From Octopus sinensis (taxonomy: Eukaryota), in assembly GCF_006345805.1 (NCBI RefSeq), contig NW_021833745.1, positions 1-64,000 on the forward strand: 64,000 nucleotides of DNA, written 5' to 3'. Numbering within the stretch: position 1 is the stretch's first letter; the number at the start of each line of letters is the position of its first letter. The notes below the pieces were generated by a model. It searched no databases, was not told where the DNA came from, and saw nothing but the letters and a program-made list of their open reading frames with translations. Positions 26,772 through 39,874 of this stretch are shown piece after piece. The position numbers and the translations under genes are program-made.

Positions 26772-27407
26772 TACTTTTTCTGAGTAAACCCACTTCATCT
26801 CTCACCGTTTCTCAGAGAACTGTTGTAAGCGAAAGCACTACTAGTTGCCACTAGAAATTTCTCATATATAGATATTGTAAAATGTATACTCATCTCTTTC
26901 AATAGACATTTATATCTTTTATATCTGGGACGAATTCATACACCTTCAGCAATTGTATATTTGTATGCGCCAGGAGAAAATTCTGAAAAGATGAATGAAT
27001 ATAAATAATGCATGCGTCGCACTAATTTCTTCTTTTGATGGGTTATTTTCGACACACCGAAAATTTTGTTTCTACAGAGCGTAATACAAATCTGTAATAC
27101 AAGAAATATATTTTAGGAAAGCCTTTCAAATAGTAAATGAAACACAAACGCTGTCGCATTTGGTCTGTAAAAGGACTATAAATTGGACTTTAGTGCTGTA
27201 GAATTGTCTTACTAGATCTACATCTTTTGTAGCTGAATTGTAGTAATTCACATTCATAGAATCATGCCTTCGTACATACCTATCTATCTACCTATTCCCC
27301 TCACTCTCGCTCTCTCTCTCTCTCTCTCTTTATCTCTCCCTCTCTGTATATATATATATGTATATATATATATATTTGTTTGTTCTTTTTTCTTTGTTTG
27401 AAATCAC

Positions 27408-27511
<104 letters not shown>

Positions 27512-27834
27512 TATATATATATACATATTATATATATATATATATATATAATATATATATATATAATATATATATATATTGATAGAAATGGTAACACAAG
27601 AAAAGAATGAAAGAGATCTCGATATCATGTAAATAGAAGAATTTATCTGTAAATGCTATGAATTTTCATAGCATTTTTCCGATGGCCGGAAACTGAAGAG
27701 AAGGCGGCGTGGATTTCCACCCCAACATCCGAAACCCAGAGTTTTATCATGGCTACCGAATAATTGTCACATTTATTTATACATACATATATAATATATA
27801 TATATATATAAATTATACATATATATATATATAT

Positions 27835-27877
<43 letters not shown>

Positions 27878-28348
27878 TATTATATTATATATATATATAT
27901 ATATTATATATATATATATATAATTATGTGAAATAGAAAGATGAATAATCTTGTAGTAGATTAATCAAAAGTTTAACCGATACCTTAGTAGCAAAAATCA
28001 CAGCAGTAAACAGCACGGTTGGAGGTACAACCATATGGTGTTGCAACCGTGCGTTGGCGAAACCCATGGGCTCTTAGGAGCCTAGTTCGATTTGTTTTTG
28101 CTCCGCCTCTGTTCTGTTTTTGTTTTTTCCAACGGATTTCCTATTTTCTTCCTGAAGAGAAAGACACAATATGGTCCCATTATTCAATTGGATTTTGGTA
28201 ATTGTGCCTTTCGAAAACACGTGTAGAATGAAATAAAACGATTTCTGTTCAATCTGCGTTCAGCTCCATTTCTTCAATTCACCAATAATATATATATATA
28301 TAATAATATATATATATATATACACACGTACATATGTGTGTGTATATA

Positions 28349-28356
28349 GGATATAC

Positions 28357-28437
<81 letters not shown>
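28349..28437. repeat. (ATAG)n microsatellite
   Basis: Direct reading; similar tracts at about 11815-11880 and 25905-25975. Confidence 0.95.
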
Positions 28438-29686
28438 GGTGTAAATGTGTGTCAACTTGATATTCTCCACCCTACCTATCTTAAACTATATCCTCAAAGC
28501 GACACAGACACATGTTTTAAGAAGAGGGCGGAGACGAAATCAGCAGAAGAGACCACAGCTCTATAGCTTTCATTCCAAGAAGACTTTATCGATCGTTAAT
28601 TAGCAGAATATATAAAAGTATTCACTTGTACAAAGTAATATTGGCATAACATTATCACCAATTTCTCTTCATCTAATCGATAGCTAATAGACGAATGAAT
28701 AAAATAACGTAAAATTGTAATATTAATAATTCAGTCTTTGTTTTATATTGGGATACTTTTTTAATATTATTTTGAAGTTATATATTTTTTGTTTTTTATT
28801 ATTCATCTCTGATAAATAAAAAAAAATCGAAAATCGTAGAAAGCATGAAAAACAGAAGTAGGGAAAATCTTAATGAAATAGAAGCAATGCAGAAATTAAT
28901 TCCAAAATGCAAATTATTTTGTCAAAAATACTTTTAAAAAACGTATAGTTTAGTTAATTAAATATCTTTCTCTATGTACATAAATCTACTTACATATAAA
29001 TACTTGTAGAAAAAAACAATGAAAAATATTTAAAAAATGGTATCAATAACGAAAAAAAACCGACAAGAATTATATCTGGACGATAGGATATGAGTAATAA
29101 TTAATGCCTCGTTAATAATATGACGTGGCTTTCTTTTAGATGTTTTATACTTCATTAATTTTTAATGAATACATGAAATCTGTAATATGATCCTACATTA
29201 AGTCAATACATTCTTGCAATATCGACAATTTACGTTGATAGCTTATTAAGGAAAGCGACTTAATTAATTTGAATGATGTTTTATTTGTGAAATTATTTGA
29301 CTTTAAGCGAACTCTGTTTTGCTTTCCAACAATTTTAAATAGAATGTATTTTAGGGTATATTTCAGGTATACATTTCTCGGTTACCGCCAATAAGTTCCA
29401 CAAGCATCCATTTCTATATTGTGAATAAACTACATTTTTTTTAGCTGTGTAATCGTATACCACCTTAAATACCTGGCGGTTGTCAATTGATTGTTAGTTT
29501 TAGAATGTTTCAGATAGAACAATCAAGATATACATATTTCTAATCCAGGAGATAATACGACCGAATTGTGTGCAGGAAGACATTTTACCTACCACAACAC
29601 TAATGGACATATCGTACTGCATTGCTCCCATTACTAGAATTACAAAGCATTTTCCTAAGTGCATTACTAACGTGTATATATATATA

Positions 29687-30297
29687 TATATAAAATTAAT
29701 TAAGGGCAGAAATCAATATTTATCAATTAAAACCAGTGGTTTAGCATATTAAAAAAAGAATCCGAAGATTGAATATTTATATATACCAATTAAAGACTGA
29801 ACACGAAAAGTGGACAGTCAACATGCTAGATATAGACGTCAAATCGCCATTCTCCACAAAAGATTATGTTCTCAAATCAAACTCAACACAAACCCAAGCA
29901 ATAAACAAGTGAAAATATACGAAATACAATACTTATCCATGTACTGATTCAGTTTCGGCTATTATTATCCGTAAGGATACCTGTAGCCTTCGTCAGCATG
30001 GCCGATATAAATGCAATTTGCTGAACTAGATGCAAAAACGATACCGGAGTATCATGTGCGTGGAGTTCAACCTATTACATTCGAATGTATCTTTCAAATG
30101 CCTTTACTTTGGCGCGTTGAGACCCGAAGAAAATAGCCTGCAGCTAATAATTAGCAGCAGTCAATTTATCGGTTAGAGAACATATTTATTTATATAAAAT
30201 TAATTAAGGGTACAAATCAATATTTATCAATTAAAACCAGTGGTCTAGCATATGAAAAAAAGAATCCGAAGATTGAATATTTATATATACCAATTAA
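29687..30297 (-). mobile_element. HHR-bearing retrozyme-like/Penelope-pLTR-like element: 504-bp unit plus a 107-bp terminal redundancy, inserted in (TA)n
   Basis: Direct repeats 29687-29793 and 30191-30297 (4 mismatches in 107); intact HHR in the middle; (TA)n on both flanks. Confidence 0.75.
29937..30001 (-). ncRNA. Type I hammerhead ribozyme, intact core, GUA cleavage triplet
   Basis: Minus strand CCAUG-CUGACGA-A-GGCUA[...UAUCC-UUAC-GGAUA...]UAGCC-GAA-ACUG-AAU-CAGU-A-CAUGG: stem I 5 bp, stem II 5 bp, stem III 4 bp, all Watson-Crick; predicted cut between 29942 and 29941. Confidence 0.88.
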
Positions 30298-30300
30298 TTG

Positions 30301-30353
<53 letters not shown>

Positions 30354-30684
30354 ACTCGCATGCATTATTTTTTTGCAATTCATTTAATCTTCGGTGTATT
30401 ATTGTCATTTTAATTTTAATATTTCTATTATATGTAATTTTCTAGATGGTGTAATTTAATTGTTCATTTTGAATTGATAAAAGGTATTATTTTCTAATTT
30501 ATATATATATATATTATATTTTGTGAAATTTGATTTAGTATTTCTAAACTGAATTTTTCCCTGTAAGTTAGGAAAAATATTCCCTCAAATAATTATCATG
30601 TATATATATATTTAAACTAAATCTTACTGATAGACTCTTTCTAACCTTGAAATCATCGGTGCCATACCGTACACACTGTTTATA

Positions 30685-30836
30685 GGCGCAGCAATGGCTG
30701 TGTGGTAAGTAGCTTGCTTCCAACCATATGGTTCCGGGTTCATTCCCACCTTGGGCAAGTGTCTTCTACTATAGCTTCGGGCCGACCAAAGTCTTGTGAG
30801 TGGATTAGGTAGATGGAAACTGAAAAAAGCCCGTCG

Positions 30837-30872
<36 letters not shown>

Positions 30873-30875
30873 GTG

Positions 30876-30908
<33 letters not shown>

Positions 30909-31138
30909 GCGTGTGTGTGTGTGTGTGTGTGCATGTGAGTCTGTGTATGTGTATGGCCCCCCCAACATCACTTGATAACCGATGCTGGATTGCTTACAAC
31001 CCCGTAACTTAGCAGTTCGGCAAAGCGACCGATTAAATATGTACAAGGCCTACAAAGAATAAGTTCTGGGGTGGATTTGCTCGACTAAAGGCGGTGCTCC
31101 AGGATGGCAGTCAAATGATAGAAACAAGTAAAAGAGTA
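30685..31138 (+). mobile_element. SINE family A
   Basis: Homology to other family A copies; contains CCTTGGGCAAGTGTCTT. Confidence 0.9.
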
Positions 31139-31586
31139 TTAGTAAAAAAATACACGTTTCTAATATAAGAGTAAGATCAACCTCCAATTACACCGATAAA
31201 TTATTTCACTGTTTCATAAGTTATCATGGTCAAATATAAAGAGTCTTTGTAAAAGAATTTCGTTAAAGAAGATAAGAAATTTAGCAGCGTCGATGTTCAA
31301 ACTTTTCTGACGTTACCAGATATACTTTCCTGGTGGAACATTGTTGACGGTTTAGGCTTTGCTCTTGCTGTGGCAATGTTGAGGTTCTTTGTCCTGCACT
31401 GAGATATAGCAGAAGCTGAAGTATGATCAGTTGTCCAGTGGAAGTTTGATTCATGCCATGAGGCTTAAAAACTAAACGGTCAATTTTATTGCAGCATTCA
31501 TTTTAAGAAGAAATGGAAACAATTGGGGAAAATTTGTCTCCACGAATGATCAAACAAGTAGATGCTCCCTTATTGTTCCCAAATGA

Positions 31587-32279
31587 AATTAGCAAATATG
31601 GTAGATTGTCTTATAGCAAAACAAAAGATATGACAGTCAGAAGTAATAAATCCATTCTATTTTTGCTACAACGTAGAAAACGGAATAAAATAAACGCTGA
31701 AAAGTTTTATCAAAATAGTTGTTGTGCCAAGGTAGAGATCAGACGTCTTTTGTAGATAAAGCCGATAAATCAGTTAATAATCTTCTTTTTATCTTATCAC
31801 TATAATCCATTATGTCTGTATTAGGCAGACAATCCTTTTGCTCTAATACAATATTTTGACTACGTAACTTTAATGGTGACGATGAACATAGAAGGTACGA
31901 TGAAATAGGTTCGCATTTGTCGAGTAATTTCGTCCTGTCTATGAATCTATGTTCTAGATTAGGTCATTCCGGTTTCTTTGGGACATTGTCCGACAAATAT
32001 CCGTTATTATCTGTTTCGTGTTACAATGTCAATTACTTGTGTCTGTAGTATATTTGGCCAATAATTAGACCTCAGTAATAATTTAGTGCACACGGTTTAA
32101 GGATATTTTTACGTTTCCGAATTAGCAAATATGGTAGATTGTCGTATAGCAAAACAAAAGATATGACAGTCAGAAGTAATAAATCCATTCTATTTCTGCT
32201 ACAACGTAGAAAACGGAAGAAAATAAACACTGAAAAATTTTATCAAAATAGTTGTTGTACCAAGGTAGAGATCAGACGT
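31587..32279. repeat. 160-bp direct repeat pair, 533 bp apart
   Basis: 31587-31746 versus 32120-32279, 6 mismatches. Confidence 0.9.
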
Positions 32280-32898
32280 ATTTACTTGTGTCTGTAGTAC
32301 ACAAGAATAGAGGTACACGGCAGTTTCTTCAAGTAAAGGTGAAATGCTTATAGGGAGACGAGTGTAAAGTAATACCTATCTCACAGAACTAACACGGAGA
32401 TAAACCGTAGTAATACATATTATATAACTTTGGACGCTTTCGTTCACAATTACTTTACAAGACTATGAATGAAATTATGTGAATTGCAAAACAACTATTA
32501 GGAATAATAATCAAGTCTCCCACAATTCACAACTTAATGTCTTAAATAGGAAAGTGTTTTTTTTCTCCATTCGAAATATAGAGGATGCGAGACGGAGCAC
32601 CTGACAGTTCCTCAGATGATAGGTGATCTATACAGCTACGAATTGCTACACACCACAGCGACTGTAACAACAACACAACCACTATACTTCGAAAGAATTT
32701 GTGAGACAACATGAAAAAATCAAGGAAGAGATAATGATTGGTTAACACAAGCGCAACTCTTTAATGTTCTCCAAAGATTTACAGAATAGTCACGGATATT
32801 TTTGCATTTCAATCGAACCGCTGCATACTTAGAACGAATAAAGGTCTTCTAAATTTGGCCAATGTGTTCTCAATTCCCTTTGTCCAATTTCGCCAATA

Positions 32899-33130
32899 TA
32901 TTTCTTTTCTACCCACAGGGCGTTAAACACAGAGGAGACAAACAAGGACATACAAACGGATTAAGTCGATTACATCGACCCCAGTGCGTCACTGGTACTT
33001 AATTTATCGACCCCAGAAGGATGAAAGGCAAAGTCGACATCGGCGGGATTTTGAACTCGGAACGTAACGGCAGACGAAATACGGCCACGCATTTCGCCCG
33101 GCGTGCTAACGTTTCTGCCAGCTCGCCGCC
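32899..33130 (-). mobile_element. SINE family B monomer
   Basis: Full head to tail; CGCCAATA at 32891-32898 and 33127-33134 is a possible TSD overlapping the 5' end. Confidence 0.9.
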
Positions 33131-33465
33131 AATAAGCTCGGAGACTTTCGACGGCTAGAAATATTACTGATTAAGTACGTTGTCATTCGATTTGATATCA
33201 TGCCTTCAAAAGTTATCTTTTTAAAACATATTCTTCAATTCGAAAACATTATACCGAATGGTCTGTAAGATATCCTTGCAGTACACCATTGCCACTGTCA
33301 AGCTATGACCGAAAATGATATATTAGGATGGTGAAACGACGGAGACCAAACCCAAAGTTGCTTAGATAAGTCACGGAAAGTACTAATGTCAAGATTATAC
33401 ATCAGATAACTCTTTTATTTTTCTTTATCTTTGCCAACTTCTACAACCTCCACCACCACCAACCC

Positions 33466-33495
<30 letters not shown>

Positions 33496-33496
<1 letters not shown>

Positions 33497-34049
33497 GAGT
33501 GAGAGAGCAGTTCATGTCATCAAAGTGACACTGGGGTAAAATATACGAAGCCCAATATACACGTCATGACTACCCGTCTGATAAGGGTACACCAGGCACA
33601 TGCATTACAACCATGTATGCGCGACATGGTCATCTCATATCATGATAAACAGCACATGACCATGCGGGTGGGGGCCAGTTAGAATTTTCTTCAGGTTGAG
33701 TAGCCCATCCCGCTCAAACGGTCCCTGAATAAGGGTTGTTTAAGGATGTTGAAAGAACCATCCATGTTTCCAGAGGTGAATTATTCAAACCCCAAATAAT
33801 CCCTCTCAACACATGGCTATGATGCTCCCCCACTACTTTTGCTCGTGATCAGAGATGCACGTACCGTCAGCCACTAAGGGACATGGTCAACTGGTTAAAG
33901 TCAAACAACTGACAAGCAAATCTGTGGTTTTGAGCAGAATATTTGCTGTAGCCCATCTTTTATACAAGACAAAACAATGTACATGATAACACTTCCAATC
34001 AGATAAGATCAGAAGCCATGAGAGCCACTGCCTGGTACTGCACCAGGGC

Positions 34050-34050
<1 letters not shown>
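33496..34050. mobile_element. Unclassified interspersed repeat of about 555 bp (family D) embedded in (TTA)n
   Basis: (TTA)n on both sides; diverged partial copy at 54843-55140; no ORF or TIR seen. Confidence 0.6.
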
Positions 34051-34131
<81 letters not shown>

Positions 34132-34251
34132 GTCGTTGTTATTGTTTGTGTCGTTGTTATTATTGTTGTTGATATTATTATTATTATTATTATTAGTAGT
34201 AGTAGTAGTAGTAGTAGCAGCAGTAGTAGTGGTAATGGTAGTAGTAGTAGC

Positions 34252-34292
<41 letters not shown>

Positions 34293-34298
34293 CAGTGT
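34051..34298. repeat. Compound triplet microsatellite (TTA)-(TTG)-(TTA)-(GTA)
   Basis: Direct reading. Confidence 0.9.
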
Positions 34299-34574
34299 TT
34301 TTTTAAAATACTAATACCAACTTTAAGTCTACGATATTAATACCAACTTATATGCTGTAATGGCTATCGTAGACTGAGCAGCTTCCTGCGACAAGAGGCA
34401 CACCAACAAAAGCTTTGATCTTGCGACTGGTGTTATAATGATGTTGCACCCAGATATGACCGCACATATGTATTCACAGAAATATGCATGCATACATACA
34501 TACATGCATACATTTATTTGTGTGTATATATATATATATATACATTCACACACACACACATTTATATATATATA

Positions 34575-34613
<39 letters not shown>

Positions 34614-34883
34614 TATACATATGTATCTATATACATTTATATAAGAATATATACTCACATATTATGTATCTGCCTATCTGCAACTATATCTATCTGTCGA
34701 CCTATGTATATATGACGGAACGCACGCATCCCTTTCTAAGTAAGATTGTTCTTGATATATATATATATATAATATATATATATATATAATATATATATAT
34801 GCATACATATATATATATATATATATATATACATACATACATATATACATATATATACACATAACTCTCAAATATATATTTAT

Positions 34884-34944
<61 letters not shown>

Positions 34945-35330
34945 TATAGGGAGAGAGAGAGATAATATGATATGTGTTAGAAGATACGACACGCGAAAGT
35001 GATTGAATTATTGAATAAAAGCACAATGACCCGATTGATGTCTATGGCGGGCTACAAAAGATAGTGGGACGCAGATGGTGACCCTATCGCAGCAACGATT
35101 TCAAAAAGGTGCGAGTTGAACACCTCTTGTCATTTATCGATACTGGAAAATCCATCTATCTGCTGTTGTAGAATAGATGTAACGAACAATTCCTGCAGGC
35201 GTTAGGCTGATATAGGAGATTATGTTTGATCACCAAGTAATTAATTTAGAATTATAGAAGATACTGTGCGCAATACATACAAAATTCTATAAGCAAACAA
35301 GTTTCTCACGAAAAAATAACGAAACATTGG

Positions 35331-35687
35331 GGAAGCACTCCGTCGGTTACGACGACGATGGTTCCGGTTGATCCCAATCAACGGAACAGCCTGCTCGTGA
35401 AATTAACGTGTAAGTGGCTGAGCACTCCACAGACACGTGTACACTTAACGTAGTTCTCGGGGATATTCAGCGTGACACAGAGAGTGACAAGGCCGGCCCT
35501 TTGAAATACAGGTACAACAGAAACAGGAAGTAAGAGTGTGAGAAAGTTGTGGTGAAAGAGTACAGCAGGGATCATCACCATCCCCTGCCGGAGTCTCGTG
35601 GAGCTCACAACGCCCGATCCGGGAATCGAAACCGCGATCCTATGACCGCGAGTCCGCTGCCCTAACCACTGGGCCATTGCGCCTCCA
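35331..35687 (-). mobile_element. SINE family C with an internal deletion of about 26 bp
   Basis: Lacks the TGTTTATTGAGCGAAAACACCTAA segment present in the other two copies. Confidence 0.9.
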
Positions 35688-36440
35688 CGACGAAATATTA
35701 TTATAGTTTACCATGATGAAGTAGAAGCGAAGAGGTTTATGAAACAATTCTAAGCAGTTTTGTATATGTTGAATGATCCGTAGATCTATTAGACAAATAT
35801 TCTACCTAGAAACGAATGGTGGTTGTGACTGGAACACATTTAACTAAACCATTTTCTCAGGTGTGTTCGGTTGTTAAATAAAAAAGTAAATGCTAGTCGA
35901 TGAATCTGCAAAATAGATTATATGGAATATATTTTTATGCTAGAAATGTAAAATTGATATACGTCCAATCACACTCTACGACCTTTAATAATGAACACAT
36001 AGTACATAGGTTAACTAGCGAATATTCCACTAAAGCCGTGAGGGTTTTCATGGTCGCCGATGGTTTGGATAAGAACAACGAAAGCAGTATACATGGAGGT
36101 GATTTTTTAATAAAAATAATGAAGGTAATTCTTGAATATGAAGGTGATTCATAAACAAATTCCTCTCCTATGCATCCCTCCAAAATTTTGGGAAAAGGGA
36201 TATGTTAGTCATGTTGTATTTAATAATTTTTAAAGTAAAGTCGTTGTTCAGGTTAACTCCTACTGTAGGGTGCATTGTTCAAATTTTTACTGCTACCAAA
36301 GCATCCGCACCATCTTGATATTTTGGGCGGAATTTGTAGGTAAAAGTACCTCTTTTTCTATCGGTCGGAATTTTTAAGCCGCCATAAAACAAACGCCAAC
36401 AAAATCTAACAAGACTTTGCATTCAATGTAATACATCCGA

Positions 36441-37330
36441 AAGGCGGCGAGCTGGTAGGAAGGTTAGCACGCCGGGCGAAATGCTTAACAATATTTCGTC
36501 TGTCTTTATGTTCTGAGTTCAAATTCCGCCGAGGTCGACTTTGCCTTTCATCCTTTCGGGGTCGATTAAATAAGTACCAGTTACGCACTGGGGTCGATAT
36601 AATCGACTGAATCCGTTCGAATCTCCTTGTTTCTCCTCGCTGTGTTTAGCCCCTTGTAGGTAGTAGAGAAATAGGTATTTCGTATTAAGGCGGCGAGCTG
36701 GCAGAAACGTTAGCACGCCGGGCGAAATGCTTAGCGGTATTTCGTCTGCGTTACGTTGTGAGTTCAAATTCCGCCGAGGTCGACTTTGCCTTTCATCCTT
36801 TCGGGGTCGATTAAATAAGTACCAGTTACGCACTGGGGTCGATATAATCGACTGAATCCGTTCGAATCTCCTTGTTTCTCCTCGCTGTGTTTAGCCCCTT
36901 GTAGGTAGTAGAGAAATAGGTATTTCGTATTAAGGCGGCGAGCTGGCAGAAACGTTAGCACGCCGGGCGAAATGCTTAGCGGTATTTCGTCTGCGTTACG
37001 TTGTGAGTTCAAATTCCGCCGAGGTCGACTTTGCCTTTCATCCTTTCGGGGTCGATTAAATAAGTACCAGTTACGCACTGGGGTCGATATAATCGACTGA
37101 ATCCTTTGTCTCTCCCTGTTTCTCCTCTCTGTGTTTAGCCCCTTGTAGGTAGTAAAGAAATAGGTATTTCGTCTGCCGTTACGTCTTGATTTCAAATTCC
37201 GGCGCGGTCAACTTTGCCTTTCGTCCTTTAGGGGTCGATAAATTAAGTACCAGTTGCGTACTGAGTTTGATCTAATCGACTGTCTCCCTCCCCCAAAATT
37301 TCGGGCCTCGTGCCTAGAATAGAAGAGAAT
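36441..37330 (+). mobile_element. Tandem array of SINE B: three heads at a 245-bp period followed by a second central domain and long tail
   Basis: Heads at 36441, 36687, 36932; 36514-37104 appears exactly periodic at 245 bp. Confidence 0.9.
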
Positions 37331-37836
37331 ATAATACATCCGAATTCCTAGCACACACCCACACATACATACACACTTATTCGCATGTGTGTACATACAG
37401 TTTGATTCTTTTCCACATTACTTATGATTTCAGCAGCGCATAATACTTGTCCAGCACGACAGATGATGTGGCATTAAATAGATTATTTGAAAAAAAAAAT
37501 CAAAAAATGACTTTTAGATGTTTAGGCATCATGCATCATCAAATACACGGAAAGGATGGCACTGAGCTTCCATCCTGCAAGATGCTACGCAAACGAAGAA
37601 TAGCAAACGGTCTCCATCCTGCTTGCAACACGTAGAAGTACTATGAAGAAAATATATTTTAATGGTGTTGTATTATTTATTACCACGTTCGTTTCTCGCT
37701 CTTCTGGCAAAATTCAATTCATGAAACTCTTTATTTCCATTCTTCGATTATACGCAACTTGTGTGTGTTTGTGTGTGTGTGTGTGTTAATACTTATGTAT
37801 ATAGTAGAACGAGAACAAAAATTATATATATATATT

Positions 37837-37914
<78 letters not shown>

Positions 37915-38150
37915 GAGTGTCCCTGTATATATTATTTATGTATCCATGTATGTACAAAGGTATGTATAAATATATATATATATTTATATATATATATATA
38001 TACCTTTATGTATATAAACATATATACATATACACACATATATATATGTCTACATATATATATATAATATATATATATATATTATATATATATGTATATG
38101 TATACATATATATATGCGTGTTTATATATGTTTATATACATACATATATG

Positions 38151-38206
<56 letters not shown>

Positions 38207-39417
38207 CAAACCTTTGTACATAATGGATACATAAATATTATATACATAGACACTCCAACATATATATATATATACATGCCTTGTACATATATGGATACAT
38301 AACTAATATATACAGAGACCCTCCAACCTGGGCAAACACTCACAGATGGCTGTATTCTTGTGTCTCTCTGTCTCATTGTTTCTGTGTGTGTCTGTGTCTC
38401 TGTATGTAACTGTGTATGTGTTCGTGCGTGTATTCATAAATTGTTGCATCTATCTACCGCATCATTCTCTCGAAAAATACACCTAAACCACCCTGGTATC
38501 TATCAAAAACGTTCATCTAAATATACGGTCCTTTCTGTCTGGACCTACATATTTCATAGTGGCGGGTCTTCTCCATTCTCTTACTCGTAACAAAATAACA
38601 ACACAGACGACGAAAATATACGGAGGCCATTATAAAACCTAGATATACTATGTTGCAAAGATTGGCTGCACGCTGACGCTGCAATCATTTAATCAGAGAT
38701 TCCTCTTTAATACAAGGCTGATATGGGATTAAGTCATCAGAATAATCAACAATCAATGTATGTATTAAATAAATCATGAAACATATTGGTCCATTCATAT
38801 ATAAGTAAATCACTAAAAGAAGCGATATATCCTCAGGGGAGAGGTCAGGTTAAGAAGCAAGACGAAAATATGAAAGTATATATAAAAATAAATGGAATTA
38901 TTCTGTTCAGACATTTTACAATTATGTTTCAGTCCTGTCAGTCAGGAGGCCAAGAAATATCTTCATAATTACTCTATTGTAATTTCTCTATTAACTAAAT
39001 TAGCTTTAATTAGAATTATTCATGAACTTAATCATACTAATTATAATGTCTATTCAAGATCGGTGGAAGATATTTTGTTTTAATTTTATCACTTTGAAAA
39101 GGTCGCATTTTCTAATTTTCATATTTTTTTCGTTAATCAGTGGACATTCAACTACAAGAAAATATTAAGTACTATTTCGTCCATGTACAATATCCTTTCA
39201 TTGGAGATTGCCTGGAGATAGCTGTGTGATGGAGACAAATTATAGATGTCCGAAGACAGTGCCAAAAGCTGCCACAGAAAATAAAATGATAAACAATGGT
39301 TCCATAACTGAAGACACAACATACACTCATTAATGAGCGCAACAACGACCGCTGTCTACAAAGAAATGAGTTACAATAAACATCTATCTAGCTATCTATT
39401 TATCTTTACATAGATGC

Positions 39418-39509
<92 letters not shown>

Positions 39510-39548
39510 CGTGTGAGTGTGTGAGCGTGTGTATGATTGTGTGCGAAG

Positions 39549-39609
<61 letters not shown>

Positions 39610-39694
39610 TAGGTACTGTAAATTTAGGGTGAATACTTGATAAGTATAAGCACCTGTATACGCCAGATAGTGGCAGTGAGAGAGAATATATCAA

Positions 39695-39750
39695 ATAAAA
39701 TCAAAAACAGAACACAAAGGATAGCCTTTGTGTTCTGCTTTTGATTTTAT
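39695..39750. other. Near-perfect 26-bp hairpin with a 4-nt loop
   Basis: ATAAAATCAAAAACAGAACACAAAGG-ATAG-CCTTTGTGTTCTGCTTTTGATTTTAT; single mismatch A39707 opposite C39738. Confidence 0.9.
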
Positions 39751-39836
39751 CTTATATATATATATATAGATATAGATAGATAGATATAGATATAAATATA
39801 TATGTACATATAAGTGTATATATGTGTATATATGTT

Positions 39837-39874
<38 letters not shown>

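Noticed and set aside
31295-31470. Minus-strand open stretch ASWHESNFHWTTDHTSASAISQCR...
   Set aside because: Weak splice signals and no recognisable homology
36441-37176. Regular array resembling CRISPR
   Set aside because: Whole 245-bp SINE units with no unique spacers, in a eukaryotic context
36406-37195. Repeated ORFs [25 protein letters not shown]
   Set aside because: Antisense reading of SINE B; recurs wherever the SINE occurs
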